Below are positions 1 through 8,712 of a stretch of DNA of 64,000 nucleotides, in pieces. The DNA comes from an uncultured virus (IMG/VR IMGVR_UViG_3300008261_000010) (taxonomy: Duplodnaviria > Heunggongvirae > Uroviricota > Caudoviricetes). The notes below the pieces were generated by a model, which saw nothing but the letters and a program-made list of their open reading frames with translations, had not been told where the DNA came from and searched no databases. Location: IMG/VR virus record IMGVR_UViG_3300008261_000010; one strand, 5' to 3'. The position numbers were made by a program, and so were the translations under genes. How positions within the stretch are numbered: the first letter of the stretch is position 1; every line of letters starts with the position of its first letter.

Positions 1-1
1 G

Positions 2-955
2 ACCATTAGTGGGTTGGGATTTAGCCCGGATCTTCTATGGTTCAAATCGCGTTCGACAGGTGGAGCTGGCTACAACAATATCGTCTTTGATTCCGTAAGA
101 GGCTCATCTAAAAGCCTGGCAACAGATATTACAAATGGTGAGTTTACCGGCACGGATCTTACGAGTTTTAACTCTGATGGATTTACGCTCGCCGCCCCTA
201 ACCAATGGTTTGGCGTAAACAACAACGGAACGTCATTTGTCGCCTGGACCTGGGACGCCGGGAATACAACAGTCACCGACAACACCGGTTCCATACAAAG
301 CACTCGCCGGACTAACGCAAGCGCGGGGTTCTCGGTGGTGGGGTGGAGCTATCCAAGCGGCACCCCTGCAAGCACCATTGGTCATGGGCTAGGCGTAAAA
401 CCAGGACTAATTATCCTTAAAAGTAGACCGAATACCTACAACTGGATGATCTATCATTCTGCCGTGGGTGCCACCAAGACATTTAGGTTTAACACTCAAG
501 CGGTCAGCACGGAAAGCGATCCGTGGAACAACACAGAGCCGACTTCTTCTGTGTTCTCTATTGGCGCTGCTAGCTGGCACGGTACTGGTGACATGATCGC
601 CTACTGCTTCGCCCCAGTAGCCGGGTACTCTTCTATTGGATCATTTGTAGGCAATTCAAGCGCAGAAGGCCCATTTGTCTATACCGGTTTCAGAGTGCGG
701 TGGCTAATGGTGAAGAACGCCGACGCCACAACTGACTGGGTGATCGTCGACACAGCCCGTGAGACTTACAACGTCGTTGACGACTTCCTTCGCCCGAACT
801 CAAGCGCAGCAGAAGGGACACGGGCAAACCTAGCCGTTGATCTTTTGTCTAACGGCTTCAAGCTACGTGGCTTGGACAACTTCATGAACGGATCCAACAC
901 CCACGTTTATCTGGCCCTAGCAGAATCACCCTTCCAATACGCCCGCGCACGATAG
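2..955 (+). CDS. Phage tail fibre / receptor-binding protein, C-terminal part (5'-truncated by window)
   Basis: Frame is open from position 2. Repeated beta-rich motifs typical of cyanophage tail fibres (GFSPDLLWFKSR, FVAWTWDAG, IGHGLGVKPGLIILKSR, FVYTGFRVRWLMVK, LSNGFKLR, ESPFQYARAR). Confidence 0.8.
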   Translation, partial: TISGLGFSPDLLWFKSRSTGGAGYNNIVFDSVRGSSKSLATDITNGEFTGTDLTSFNSDGFTLAAPNQWFGVNNNGTSFVAWTWDAGNTTVTDNTGSIQSTRRTNASAGFSVVGWSYPSGTPASTIGHGLGVKPGLIILKSRPNTYNWMIYHSAVGATKTFRFNTQAVSTESDPWNNTEPTSSVFSIGAASWHGTGDMIAYCFAPVAGYSSIGSFVGNSSAEGPFVYTGFRVRWLMVKNADATTDWVIVDTARETYNVVDDFLRPNSSAAEGTRANLAVDLLSNGFKLRGLDNFMNGSNTHVYLALAESPFQYARAR

Positions 956-970
956 TAGTGAACACGACCA

Positions 971-1168
971 GTGTGGCGTTTATGGGCTAAAGCGCTCGGC
1001 GAGAAAGCCAGCAAGTGCTCGAGAGAGTCTGACCGGGTCGCCCTGATCCGGTCGCTCATCTTTGCAACCTACCTTCTCACCAACCTGTTCATCGTTGCCG
1101 GTGTGATTCGGCACTGGAACAGCGGCAATAGAATAGAGCCAACTCGCTGCGAACAGCAGCTCCGGTAG
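971..1168 (+). CDS. Small cyanophage-type membrane protein
   Basis: MWRLWAKALGEK...DRVALIRSLIF...NLFIVAGVIRHW; one TM helix; pattern seen in cyanophage small ORFs. Confidence 0.6.
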   Translation: MWRLWAKALGEKASKCSRESDRVALIRSLIFATYLLTNLFIVAGVIRHWNSGNRIEPTRCEQQLR

Positions 1169-1171
1169 AGC

Positions 1172-1762
1172 ATGTTCATCCTCGACGGCAAGCCCCTCTC
1201 CCCAGACAGGGCCTTTACCCATGACGGGATTCAGTATCCGGCCAATTGGCTGCGTCTGAGTACTCTGGAAGAGAAGGAAGCAATTGGCATCACGGAGGTT
1301 CCCGATCCTCCGATCTACGACCAGCGCTTCTATTGGGGCTACGACCAAGATGGTCAGCTCATCCCCAAGGACCACGCGCAGCTTTGCGAGCAGTGGGTGA
1401 ATCAGACCAGGCAGACAGCAAATACACTGCTGCAACCGACGGACTGGATGGTCGTCCGGGAGATCGACAACGGCACCGCGATGAGTGCTGACTGGAAGGT
1501 TTGGCGAGAGGATGTTCGCCTGGCAACGAATGCCAAGGTTCTGTCCATCGGAGAGACGGTGGACACCGCGGAACTGGCCGCATACATCACGGGGACCGAG
1601 TACCCGACTTGGCCCGCCAATCCGGACCAACCCCCGATTGCCGTCGATGTGGATTCGGTAGTGGGCGGAGACACGCTGATTGTTGACGGGGTTACCAGCG
1701 GGACGATCCTCAGTGGATCCACTATTGCCGGTTCTGCCGGTAACGACGCTCTGGTTTTCTAG
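1172..1762 (+). CDS. Tail fibre assembly chaperone-like protein
   Basis: QYPANWLRL...YDQRFYWG and LLQPTDWMVVR...WREDVR motifs; directly downstream of the tail fibre. Confidence 0.65.
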   Translation: MFILDGKPLSPDRAFTHDGIQYPANWLRLSTLEEKEAIGITEVPDPPIYDQRFYWGYDQDGQLIPKDHAQLCEQWVNQTRQTANTLLQPTDWMVVREIDNGTAMSADWKVWREDVRLATNAKVLSIGETVDTAELAAYITGTEYPTWPANPDQPPIAVDVDSVVGGDTLIVDGVTSGTILSGSTIAGSAGNDALVF

Positions 1763-1765
1763 GGA

Positions 1766-2629
1766 TCACAGAACTGGCAGCGTGTACTCCTGGCTAACGC
1801 CTGCGTAGTGCTTCCAGATCACTTCCGCAGAGTTACCGCACCAAGACGCAACTTGCGCGATCGGGATACCCGCCTCGATAAAGCGGCTGATCGCCGTATG
1901 CCTGAGGTCGTATGGGCGATACCGACGCTCCAGAAGGCCGGCGGCGTGTGCCTCTTTCATGCGGTCGTAAAAGTAGCTCTGGAAGGCGTAGCGATTCCAA
2001 GGGAACAGGTATTCCGAGCAATGTTCTAGCTCTGCGAGGATTTCCTGGCAACGAGCATTGAGGGGCACCCACCGCTGCCGATTTGTTTTCGTGCTGTTCT
2101 TCAGGCCGTGGGTCAGGGTGTAGTTCTGGTGCACAAGGATCTTGTTGTCCTTGATGTCGCTCCAGCGCAGGGCGCGCACCTCGCCGGTGCGCATGGCGGT
2201 CTGGAGCATCCACTCCGCGTACAGCGACCAATTGATGCGGTGGTCTCTCCAAAGAGAACAGAGGACGATTGGCATCTCAGAGCGGCTAATCACGACAACG
2301 TCCTCGTCCGCCTGGGGCGGCTTGGGCATGCGGTAACTCGTGAGCGGACTGCGCTCGATGAGCCCGACATCCTCATTGGCCGCCCAGCGGTATAGCGACT
2401 TGAGGTACATGGCGACGCGCCGAGCTGTCTTAGGCGGCTTCTGCGTCAGCACCCAGCCCATGATTAAGCGCCCCTTGTTGAAGTCCTGCTCTGGGCAGCG
2501 GTGGAGCATCTTGCTGACGACCTTGTAGTCGCTGGTCAAGCTGGTCGGGCAGAGGGTGATGGATCGCTCGGCCTGGAACTGCTCCCAGGCGCCAGAGAGG
2601 GTGGTCATTGGCGGCAGGCGGGCCGTCAT
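1766..2629 (-). CDS. Tyrosine recombinase / integrase
   Basis: TAMRTGE (catalytic R), KNSTKT (K), PYDLRHT, GNSAEVIWKHY (catalytic Y); cyanobacterial-type variant. Start at 2629 or 2608. Confidence 0.9.
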   Translation of the reverse strand: MTARLPPMTTLSGAWEQFQAERSITLCPTSLTSDYKVVSKMLHRCPEQDFNKGRLIMGWVLTQKPPKTARRVAMYLKSLYRWAANEDVGLIERSPLTSYRMPKPPQADEDVVVISRSEMPIVLCSLWRDHRINWSLYAEWMLQTAMRTGEVRALRWSDIKDNKILVHQNYTLTHGLKNSTKTNRQRWVPLNARCQEILAELEHCSEYLFPWNRYAFQSYFYDRMKEAHAAGLLERRYRPYDLRHTAISRFIEAGIPIAQVASWCGNSAEVIWKHYAGVSQEYTLPVL

Positions 2630-2706
2630 TATGCACGCCCTGGAGTGCAGGCTGCGTGACTTGGCGCACAGCATCGCTACCTTGGGCGAGCCCAAGACGT
2701 AGACCG

Positions 2707-2982
2707 ATGAGCACTGAGGTGGAGTACCAAGAAACAGCCGCCGAGCGCGTGCAGCGCGACCAGAACCGAGCTGATTTTCTTGAGTTCCTCTATTACGCCG
2801 ACGAACGCGATAACCCCGAACACCCCTACGCCAACAGCTACACCGGTTTGTTTCAGGACTATTGCTACATGGTCGGGGAAGCCGTGCTCGCTTCGCTGGT
2901 CGTTGGCTGGCACGAGACCGAGATCAAGGGCATCGCCGAAACCATGGTTGGCGCCGCAGCCGGGATCGCTACCGCCGCATGA
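2707..2982 (+). CDS. Hypothetical protein
   Basis: ATG 2707; LYYADERDNPEHPYANSYTGL; ATGA overlap with next gene. Confidence 0.6.
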   Translation: MSTEVEYQETAAERVQRDQNRADFLEFLYYADERDNPEHPYANSYTGLFQDYCYMVGEAVLASLVVGWHETEIKGIAETMVGAAAGIATAA

Positions 2983-3215
2983 GCGATCGCTACCGGTTAA
3001 CGGTCCCGATCAGTAGCCCGACGCAGCAGGTGGCGGCCGTGGTCGCGACCAGGGACTTCCTGCTGCGGCTGAGCGACCCGCAGGCCACCCGGCGGGTGCC
3101 CGGGGAGGTGAGGAAGGAGGCGCGCGCCCTGCTGCGCCATTTCCCCATCGCTGAGAAGCTTCGCCCTGTCCTGCAGGAGGGGCTACATAGGCAGGAAGGA
3201 CCTCTATTGAACTAA
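2979..3215 (+). CDS. BPSL0761-like small phage protein
   Basis: TRDFLLRLSDPQATRRVPGEVRKEARALLRHFP motif. Confidence 0.6.
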   Translation: MSDRYRLTVPISSPTQQVAAVVATRDFLLRLSDPQATRRVPGEVRKEARALLRHFPIAEKLRPVLQEGLHRQEGPLLN

Positions 3216-3252
3216 AGCGAGCCTTGGTTCAATACGGGATACACTGCCTGGC

Positions 3253-4533
3253 ATGCGGTTGCGCGTCGCCTACGGCCGGGTCTCAACGACATCGGGAGAA
3301 CAGCTCTCGGCGCTGGAGACCCAGCTGAGCTGGCTGCGCAATCAGGCCTGCGATCTCGTTCTCTCCGATGTGGAGTCCGGGCGGAATATCGAGCGGCCGG
3401 ACTACCAGCGCTTGCGAGCTCTGGTCGAGGAGGGCCGGGTTGCCGAGGTCATCGCGACACGGTTGGACCGCCTCGGCCGCCTAGCCAGCGAGTGCGACGC
3501 CTTCATCGAACTGTGCGATCGCAAGCGCACGGCGGTGACAACGCGAGACGACGGGCGGCTCACGATGGCCACCCCGGAGGACCTGCTGCTCACGCGCCTC
3601 AAGGCCAGCCTGGCGCAGGGCGAGTCCATGAAGATCAGCCAGCGCATCCATAAAGCCAGAGAGCAGGGAAAGCGCGACGGACGGCCGATGAAAAAGCCCT
3701 GCTTTGGCTACCGGATCTCACGGGACCGCACGCGCCTAGAGCTTGATCCGGAGCAGGCACCGATCGCCATGGAGCTGATCGACGCACTGCGGGCCTCGAA
3801 CTGGCGGATGCAGCCCGTGCTGGAAGGGTTTATTGGGCGGATCCCGCTGAACAGCGTCCGCGCCTTGCGCTCGTGGCTACTCAATCCGACGATTCGAGGA
3901 GCCTTGGCCTACGACCAGATCAAGAACCACGAGTTCAAGCAGGTGCTGTGGGATCAGCATGATGCCCTGTTGAGCCACGAGGACTTCGCGGCCATGCAGG
4001 TGGTGATGGAATGCAACCGCCGCCTGTGGGGCAGGCACGGCCACAAAAGCGTCAGGGCCTTGACGGGCCTGTGCGTCTGCGGTGAGTGTGGTAACAAGCT
4101 GGTGTATATCCCTGGTCGGCGCTGGCTATCACTGCGCTGCCGCGGAGATGTCTGCTCGCAGCGCTACAAGGGAATTCGCGAGTCCGAGGTCTTAGGGTTT
4201 GCGACCGAAGCCATGGCCGCCCAAGCAGCACAGCGGCTGGCTGCGATGGCGGAATCGGCCGACAAGCCGGAGGTCGCTCTACTGCGGGCGCAGATCGAAA
4301 CGCTACAGGCGCAGAACGACCCAGACCTGATTGAGGTGCTGGAGCGCAAGAAGAGCAGACTGGAGTCCCTGATCAATGCGCCGGCACTGGATCAGGAGCT
4401 GGCGCGCAAGATTGCCGATCCACGCTGGTTTGACACGCTCGAATACGACGAGCTGACGCTCGTACTCCATCAGGTCGTGGAGTGCATCGAGATAACCAAG
4501 CAGGAGCCGAGCGGCCTGCGCCTGAGGCGATAG
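3253..4533 (+). CDS. Large serine recombinase (resolvase + recombinase + zinc ribbon; XisF-like)
   Basis: YGRVST catalytic Ser, TRLDRLGR, PCFGY, LTGLCVCGECG...LRCRGDVC zinc ribbon, coiled coil. Confidence 0.92.
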   Translation: MRLRVAYGRVSTTSGEQLSALETQLSWLRNQACDLVLSDVESGRNIERPDYQRLRALVEEGRVAEVIATRLDRLGRLASECDAFIELCDRKRTAVTTRDDGRLTMATPEDLLLTRLKASLAQGESMKISQRIHKAREQGKRDGRPMKKPCFGYRISRDRTRLELDPEQAPIAMELIDALRASNWRMQPVLEGFIGRIPLNSVRALRSWLLNPTIRGALAYDQIKNHEFKQVLWDQHDALLSHEDFAAMQVVMECNRRLWGRHGHKSVRALTGLCVCGECGNKLVYIPGRRWLSLRCRGDVCSQRYKGIRESEVLGFATEAMAAQAAQRLAAMAESADKPEVALLRAQIETLQAQNDPDLIEVLERKKSRLESLINAPALDQELARKIADPRWFDTLEYDELTLVLHQVVECIEITKQEPSGLRLRR

Positions 4534-4710
4534 CGGCGTCGTAGCGAGCCGTGTTCTCAAGGATGAGGCGAGAGAGCATGGCGACCGGAACCCGCGCCAG
4601 TGTACGCCCTGTATTGCATAGCGCAAGAGGCAATCTTAGGAAAGCCACGCCAGGCGTTCGTTTTGCGCCCCAGGGCTGACTCCTAACGTTGGTGCAACCG
4701 AAGACGGCGG

Positions 4711-5304
4711 ATGACGCCAGAACACTGGGATGACTATGTGTTCAGCCTCATCGATCTATCGCCTGGCGGAGCACGCCGGCGATTCCGGCAAGCGATCAAG
4801 GACGAATGGGGCGCATGCGCCTATTGCGGCAAAAGCCATAGCCAAGAGGGCCAGCCGTTGACCATGACCCTGGATCACGTCAAGCCCAGGGCCTTTGGCG
4901 GCAGCAGTCTGCGCTCCAATCTGGTGGCGGCATGTAGGAGTTGCAATGCAGCTAAGGGGAGCGTCAGAGATTGGCGCGCCTGGTACGTTCAGCAAGACTT
5001 CTACTGCGAACGCAGAGCCGCGAAAATAGAGGCATGGCTGCAGCCTTCATTCGCGCCTTCCGCAGCTGAAACCTGGTTCCGCCACGGAGAGGGGCATGGA
5101 AGAACTGGAGTTGACACAAGAGCAGAAGTATCTGCTGAGGCGTGTCGAGATCGAGGCCAGGGCGATGAGCAAGGACGAACTCGTCGAAGCTTTGTGCACT
5201 TCCTGGGAGGCACGGTTCAAGCTCAAGCAGACCTTCATTGCGAACAGCCGCAACGCTGGTTTCATGTTCTTCCTGGAGGAGAGACATCCATGGCAGCAGC
5301 CTGA
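4711..5304 (+). CDS. HNH endonuclease
   Basis: CAYCG...TLDHVKPRAFGG...NLVAACRSCNAAKG. Confidence 0.9.
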   Translation: MTPEHWDDYVFSLIDLSPGGARRRFRQAIKDEWGACAYCGKSHSQEGQPLTMTLDHVKPRAFGGSSLRSNLVAACRSCNAAKGSVRDWRAWYVQQDFYCERRAAKIEAWLQPSFAPSAAETWFRHGEGHGRTGVDTRAEVSAEACRDRGQGDEQGRTRRSFVHFLGGTVQAQADLHCEQPQRWFHVLPGGETSMAAA

Positions 5305-5452
5305 GACGCGGGAGGAGTTTGCCGAGATTCTGGGCTTTGAACCAACGGAGGACGAGGCGGAAGATTATCTACGTGAGATGTGGGAAGTTGCCACAATGGA
5401 GTTGGATATGGACGAAATTGTCCTAACTCCTGACGACGACTCTGGTTTGTAA
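5096..5452 (+). CDS. NblA-like small helical protein with acidic tail, overlapping the HNH gene
   Basis: LELTQEQKYLLRRVEIEARAMSKDELVEAL resembles the NblA pattern LSLEQQF...MSxEQ; stop overlaps the lysin start (TAATG). Confidence 0.45.
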   Translation: MEELELTQEQKYLLRRVEIEARAMSKDELVEALCTSWEARFKLKQTFIANSRNAGFMFFLEERHPWQQPETREEFAEILGFEPTEDEAEDYLREMWEVATMELDMDEIVLTPDDDSGL

Positions 5453-6477
5453 TGGCAGCGTTAAGCGAAGGGACCCTGGCAACGTTGCTGCGCAATGCGG
5501 GCTTTCCAGAGGAGAAGGTGCCGTTGATGGTCAATATCGCCAAACGGGAATCAGGCTTGCGGCCGGGAGCTCACAATCCCAATGCAGCCACAGGCGATAA
5601 CAGTTACGGCCTTTTTCAGATCAACATGATCGGCAACCTGGGGCCAGCGCGCCTTAAGGAATACGCCGATATCGGAGTGAAGAGTTACGAGGATCTCAAG
5701 GATCCTTGGAAGAACGTTCAAGCGGCCAAGAAGGTCTTCGACAGCCAGGGGCTAGGGGCATGGACCACCTATCAAGCAGCCCTGAAAGATCCCAAGCCCG
5801 CACTCAGTGGCGGATCCGCCGCTGAGCTGCCAGCCATCGCCAGCCTGGCTGTAGATGAGGGGGCCGAGTCGAGTCCGCTCTCGAGCGCTCTGGCATCGAT
5901 ATTGAAGATGGATGGAGCAGAAGCCGAGGCCGACGCGCCGCGCAGCTCCAAGGCCATGAGCGGTGACTTCCTGGGCCGCCTCGAGGCGATTGATCCTGGT
6001 GCAGCAGCCCAGGTGGCAGCGGTCACAGCACTGCTGCCACGCTCGGCGCCCGCGGCCCAAGAGGCTGCCGCAGTGAGCGCCGCAAGCGCCATGCCACAGC
6101 AGCAGGCAGTGGGTGATGGCGGCGAGCTCGACATCGTCACCCTGGGTAAGCAACTGCAAGGAATGGGGCTCAAGGTTGCTGAAAATCCAGCGTTTGGCGG
6201 GGTCGGCAAGCATTCACCGAACTCGCATCATTACGCCGGTCATGCTGTGGATCTGACCATTCAGCCGGGCTCACCCTTGCTCAAAGGGCGTCCAGACTCG
6301 GAGTGGCGGGCATTAACCAAGCAGCTCGGGGCGCAACTGAAAGCAGCAATCCCGGGGGCTGAGATCTTCCACCCGGGTGATGATCCTGTTGGCGGTCACG
6401 ACAGCCACATTCACCTGGCGCTGCCGGGCGGGCGCACGAAAATCACTCCAGCGTTGGCACAGCTTCTGCGGATGTAG
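5452..6477 (+). CDS. Two-domain peptidoglycan hydrolase: SLT transglycosylase + M15-type Zn peptidase-like domain
   Basis: IAKRESG, YGLFQIN, GLGAWTTY (SLT); HSPNSHHYAGHAVD and HDSHIHLA (M15/Hedgehog-fold Zn ligands); Ala-rich linker. Confidence 0.8.
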   Translation: MAALSEGTLATLLRNAGFPEEKVPLMVNIAKRESGLRPGAHNPNAATGDNSYGLFQINMIGNLGPARLKEYADIGVKSYEDLKDPWKNVQAAKKVFDSQGLGAWTTYQAALKDPKPALSGGSAAELPAIASLAVDEGAESSPLSSALASILKMDGAEAEADAPRSSKAMSGDFLGRLEAIDPGAAAQVAAVTALLPRSAPAAQEAAAVSAASAMPQQQAVGDGGELDIVTLGKQLQGMGLKVAENPAFGGVGKHSPNSHHYAGHAVDLTIQPGSPLLKGRPDSEWRALTKQLGAQLKAAIPGAEIFHPGDDPVGGHDSHIHLALPGGRTKITPALAQLLRM

Positions 6478-6497
6478 ACGCGGCGGATACATTATCC

Positions 6498-6974
6498 GTG
6501 TCTTGCATAGTGAGTGCCATGGCTAGCTTTTTAGCCATTGCAGAGCCAGCGTTGATTGGAGCGGGCGTCATTGCCCTGCCGATCGGGGCCAACGCTCTGC
6601 TCTCTTACATCAAACTGAGTCGCCTGCTGCCGGTCATCCGCAGGGCATTCACAGTGATTGACCCACTGCTGAATGAACATCTCACGGGCTACAGCGCCAG
6701 TGATGCGCGCTTTGCCATGGAGCTGGTGACCGGCGTTCTGGCGGATGGCCATCTCAGCCGCGACGAGGTTCAGCAGGCGGTCAATGAAATCGAGCGCCGC
6801 TACCGGCCGACCGCCGCTGCAGGGAAGACGGGGATGAACCTCAAGATGCGCTTTGGCCCGGAATCGCCTGAGGCCAAGTTGCTGGATGCCGTCAGCGATC
6901 TGGCGCAGAAGCGGGAGCTGCTGCCGGCCAATCTGCTTGATGCCGTCAAAGTCGTTCGCATGAAGATCTCGTGA
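6498..6974 (+). CDS. Hypothetical membrane-anchored protein
   Basis: N-terminal hydrophobic segment; same operon as the lysin. Confidence 0.55.
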   Translation: MSCIVSAMASFLAIAEPALIGAGVIALPIGANALLSYIKLSRLLPVIRRAFTVIDPLLNEHLTGYSASDARFAMELVTGVLADGHLSRDEVQQAVNEIERRYRPTAAAGKTGMNLKMRFGPESPEAKLLDAVSDLAQKRELLPANLLDAVKVVRMKIS

Positions 6975-7420
6975 TCAGCTATGTGCTTACAGGCGCCGCT
7001 GCCATGCTGATTGGCATGGCATCCGGGCAGGCCATCGTGCTGAGTGCAGGTCGCCGCCGCCTTGCCAGTCAGTTGAGTGTGGCTGTGGAGCGGCAGACTG
7101 CGATGTACAGCCGGCTCAACGCTTTGGAGGCAGCCCAGGAGGACGGCGCAAGCGCAGAAGAGGCCATGCTGCAGCGGCTCAGCAAACTGGAAGGCGCCTT
7201 ACCTGGGCTGATTACGCGCTCGGAGGTCGAGAATGCGTTTGCCCAAGTCGCTCAGATCGAAGCTCAGCGCCAGAACGCAGCGATGCAGCAGGCCCGGGCG
7301 CAGGCAGTATTTGGAGGGAACGGAGCTCCCCCGGCTGACTTGAACAAGGCTATCAATGCCCAGCTCAACTCCTTGAGCGAGCGGATCAACCGCATCAATC
7401 AGGAGTTCGGCGTCAGCTAA
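6971..7420 (+). CDS. Membrane-anchored coiled-coil protein (possible spanin-like)
   Basis: N-terminal TM followed by heptad-rich helix; GTGA overlap with previous gene. Confidence 0.5.
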   Translation: MISYVLTGAAAMLIGMASGQAIVLSAGRRRLASQLSVAVERQTAMYSRLNALEAAQEDGASAEEAMLQRLSKLEGALPGLITRSEVENAFAQVAQIEAQRQNAAMQQARAQAVFGGNGAPPADLNKAINAQLNSLSERINRINQEFGVS

Positions 7421-7881
7421 TCAAGGCCGTCGTCATCGTCATGGATGGAGCGGCTGGCGGTGGCGCACTGCTGCTGCCCGTCGCTATCCACCCAACAGGC
7501 CTCCTTGCCGATGACCATGCCTTGCTGGGCCGGATGCTCGAGCCGCTTCGGCGGCGTGGCTCGGCCGTCGTGCTTCGTAAAAGCCTGACCGTCGGGGCCG
7601 GAGAAGCGATCATCGGTGCCCCACGCGTTGCGTTGGTATTCCATTAGGAATAGCAGGCAGCACCCCGCATGAGCCAGGTGCGAAAGACCGGTCTCCGGAT
7701 CACGGTCTTCGCCGCGCCACCAGGCAAAGATGTGGCGGCAGAGGGCCGAGAAGTAGCGCCCCCACTCTGTACCACGGCACCAGTTGTTGGCGCTGTACTT
7801 TTCGGCTCCATAGGCCAGGACGTCCGCAATCTCGCCGATGGCTGCAAAGGGAATCAAGTCAAAGCGGGTCTTACCAGCCAT
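7417..7881 (-). CDS. dATP/dGTP diphosphohydrolase domain protein (DUF5664)
   Basis: GKTRFDLIP...VLAYGAEKY...NNWCRG...ALCRHIFAWWRGEDRDPETGLSHLAHA. Confidence 0.85.
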   Translation of the reverse strand: MAGKTRFDLIPFAAIGEIADVLAYGAEKYSANNWCRGTEWGRYFSALCRHIFAWWRGEDRDPETGLSHLAHAGCCLLFLMEYQRNAWGTDDRFSGPDGQAFTKHDGRATPPKRLEHPAQQGMVIGKEACWVDSDGQQQCATASRSIHDDDDGLD

Positions 7882-7957
7882 GCGCCCCCAGCGGTTTTGC
7901 CTAGGGTAAACAGGGCTGAATGCCAAGGCAAGCATTCTGCATGCCGCTCACCAGGGT

Positions 7958-8290
7958 ATGGATCGTCGATACAAGGAAGCCCGCTTCTACAACGGCATGC
8001 GGGCCAAGAGCGGAAGCAGCGACCAAAGCGATCGCCTCGTGCGCTCCTATCTCGCCAGGGCCAGACAGGAGAACCGGGCAGCGCAGGATTACGGCGGCAG
8101 CACTGGCGGGGTGAGCAGCGCAGGCGGTGGTATGGCCGTGATTGCCAACCGCAATGTCGACATCAAAGATGCGCGCGAGATCTTCCGCACAGAGGGTTCG
8201 GGCACCTTTGGTGGTCGCGCCAATGCGGCCGAACTCAAGGGCTTCCGTCAGCCCCGCGCAAGCAATAGTGCTGTCCCTCCGGCAGGGTGA
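7958..8290 (+). CDS. Hypothetical Gly/Ala-rich protein
   Basis: ORF track; fills the gap between minus-strand genes. Confidence 0.45.
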   Translation: MDRRYKEARFYNGMRAKSGSSDQSDRLVRSYLARARQENRAAQDYGGSTGGVSSAGGGMAVIANRNVDIKDAREIFRTEGSGTFGGRANAAELKGFRQPRASNSAVPPAG

Positions 8291-8708
8291 TTTCAACCCA
8301 GTGCACAGAGCGCGGCTGAATGTGCAGTTGACCTTTGAGGCGCGCCGGGATCTCCTGTTCGATCTCGCGTGCTGTGTAGCCATTGACGCGCAGTAGAACA
8401 CGGGCTCCGCAAATCCACTCGCCACTGTCATCGGTGGGATCCCACCAGCGGCTGACCTTGAAGGGCGTATCGCAGAGGCGTCTGTAGTCGGGGAAGAGTT
8501 GGTGCAGATTGTGGATGCGCTTGCCGAGGCTTTCGATATTGGAGAAGGCTTCCTGACTCAAGGAGGGCCAGAGGAGATGATCGTCCGGCAGGGCATGTTT
8601 CCACAGGAGCCAGCTATCGAAGGCAATCGCGCGCAGCGTTGCGTACCACTCCCCGTTGGGTGTCTGAAATTCGTCGCTGAGCGATTCCGAGTAGGGGACG
8701 TGATACAT
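8235..8708 (-). CDS. Hypothetical protein
   Basis: 157-aa ORF in the minus-strand operon. Confidence 0.6.
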   Translation of the reverse strand: MYHVPYSESLSDEFQTPNGEWYATLRAIAFDSWLLWKHALPDDHLLWPSLSQEAFSNIESLGKRIHNLHQLFPDYRRLCDTPFKVSRWWDPTDDSGEWICGARVLLRVNGYTAREIEQEIPARLKGQLHIQPRSVHWVEITLPEGQHYCLRGADGSP

Positions 8709-8712
8709 CGGA

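Noticed and set aside
2964..2995. GATCGCTACCG direct repeat as an att core
   Set aside because: Only 11 bp, inside coding sequence at a gene junction, with no supporting arm sites.
8235..8708. M15-type peptidase
   Set aside because: Only a vague resemblance, and the Zn-binding His/Asp residues are absent.
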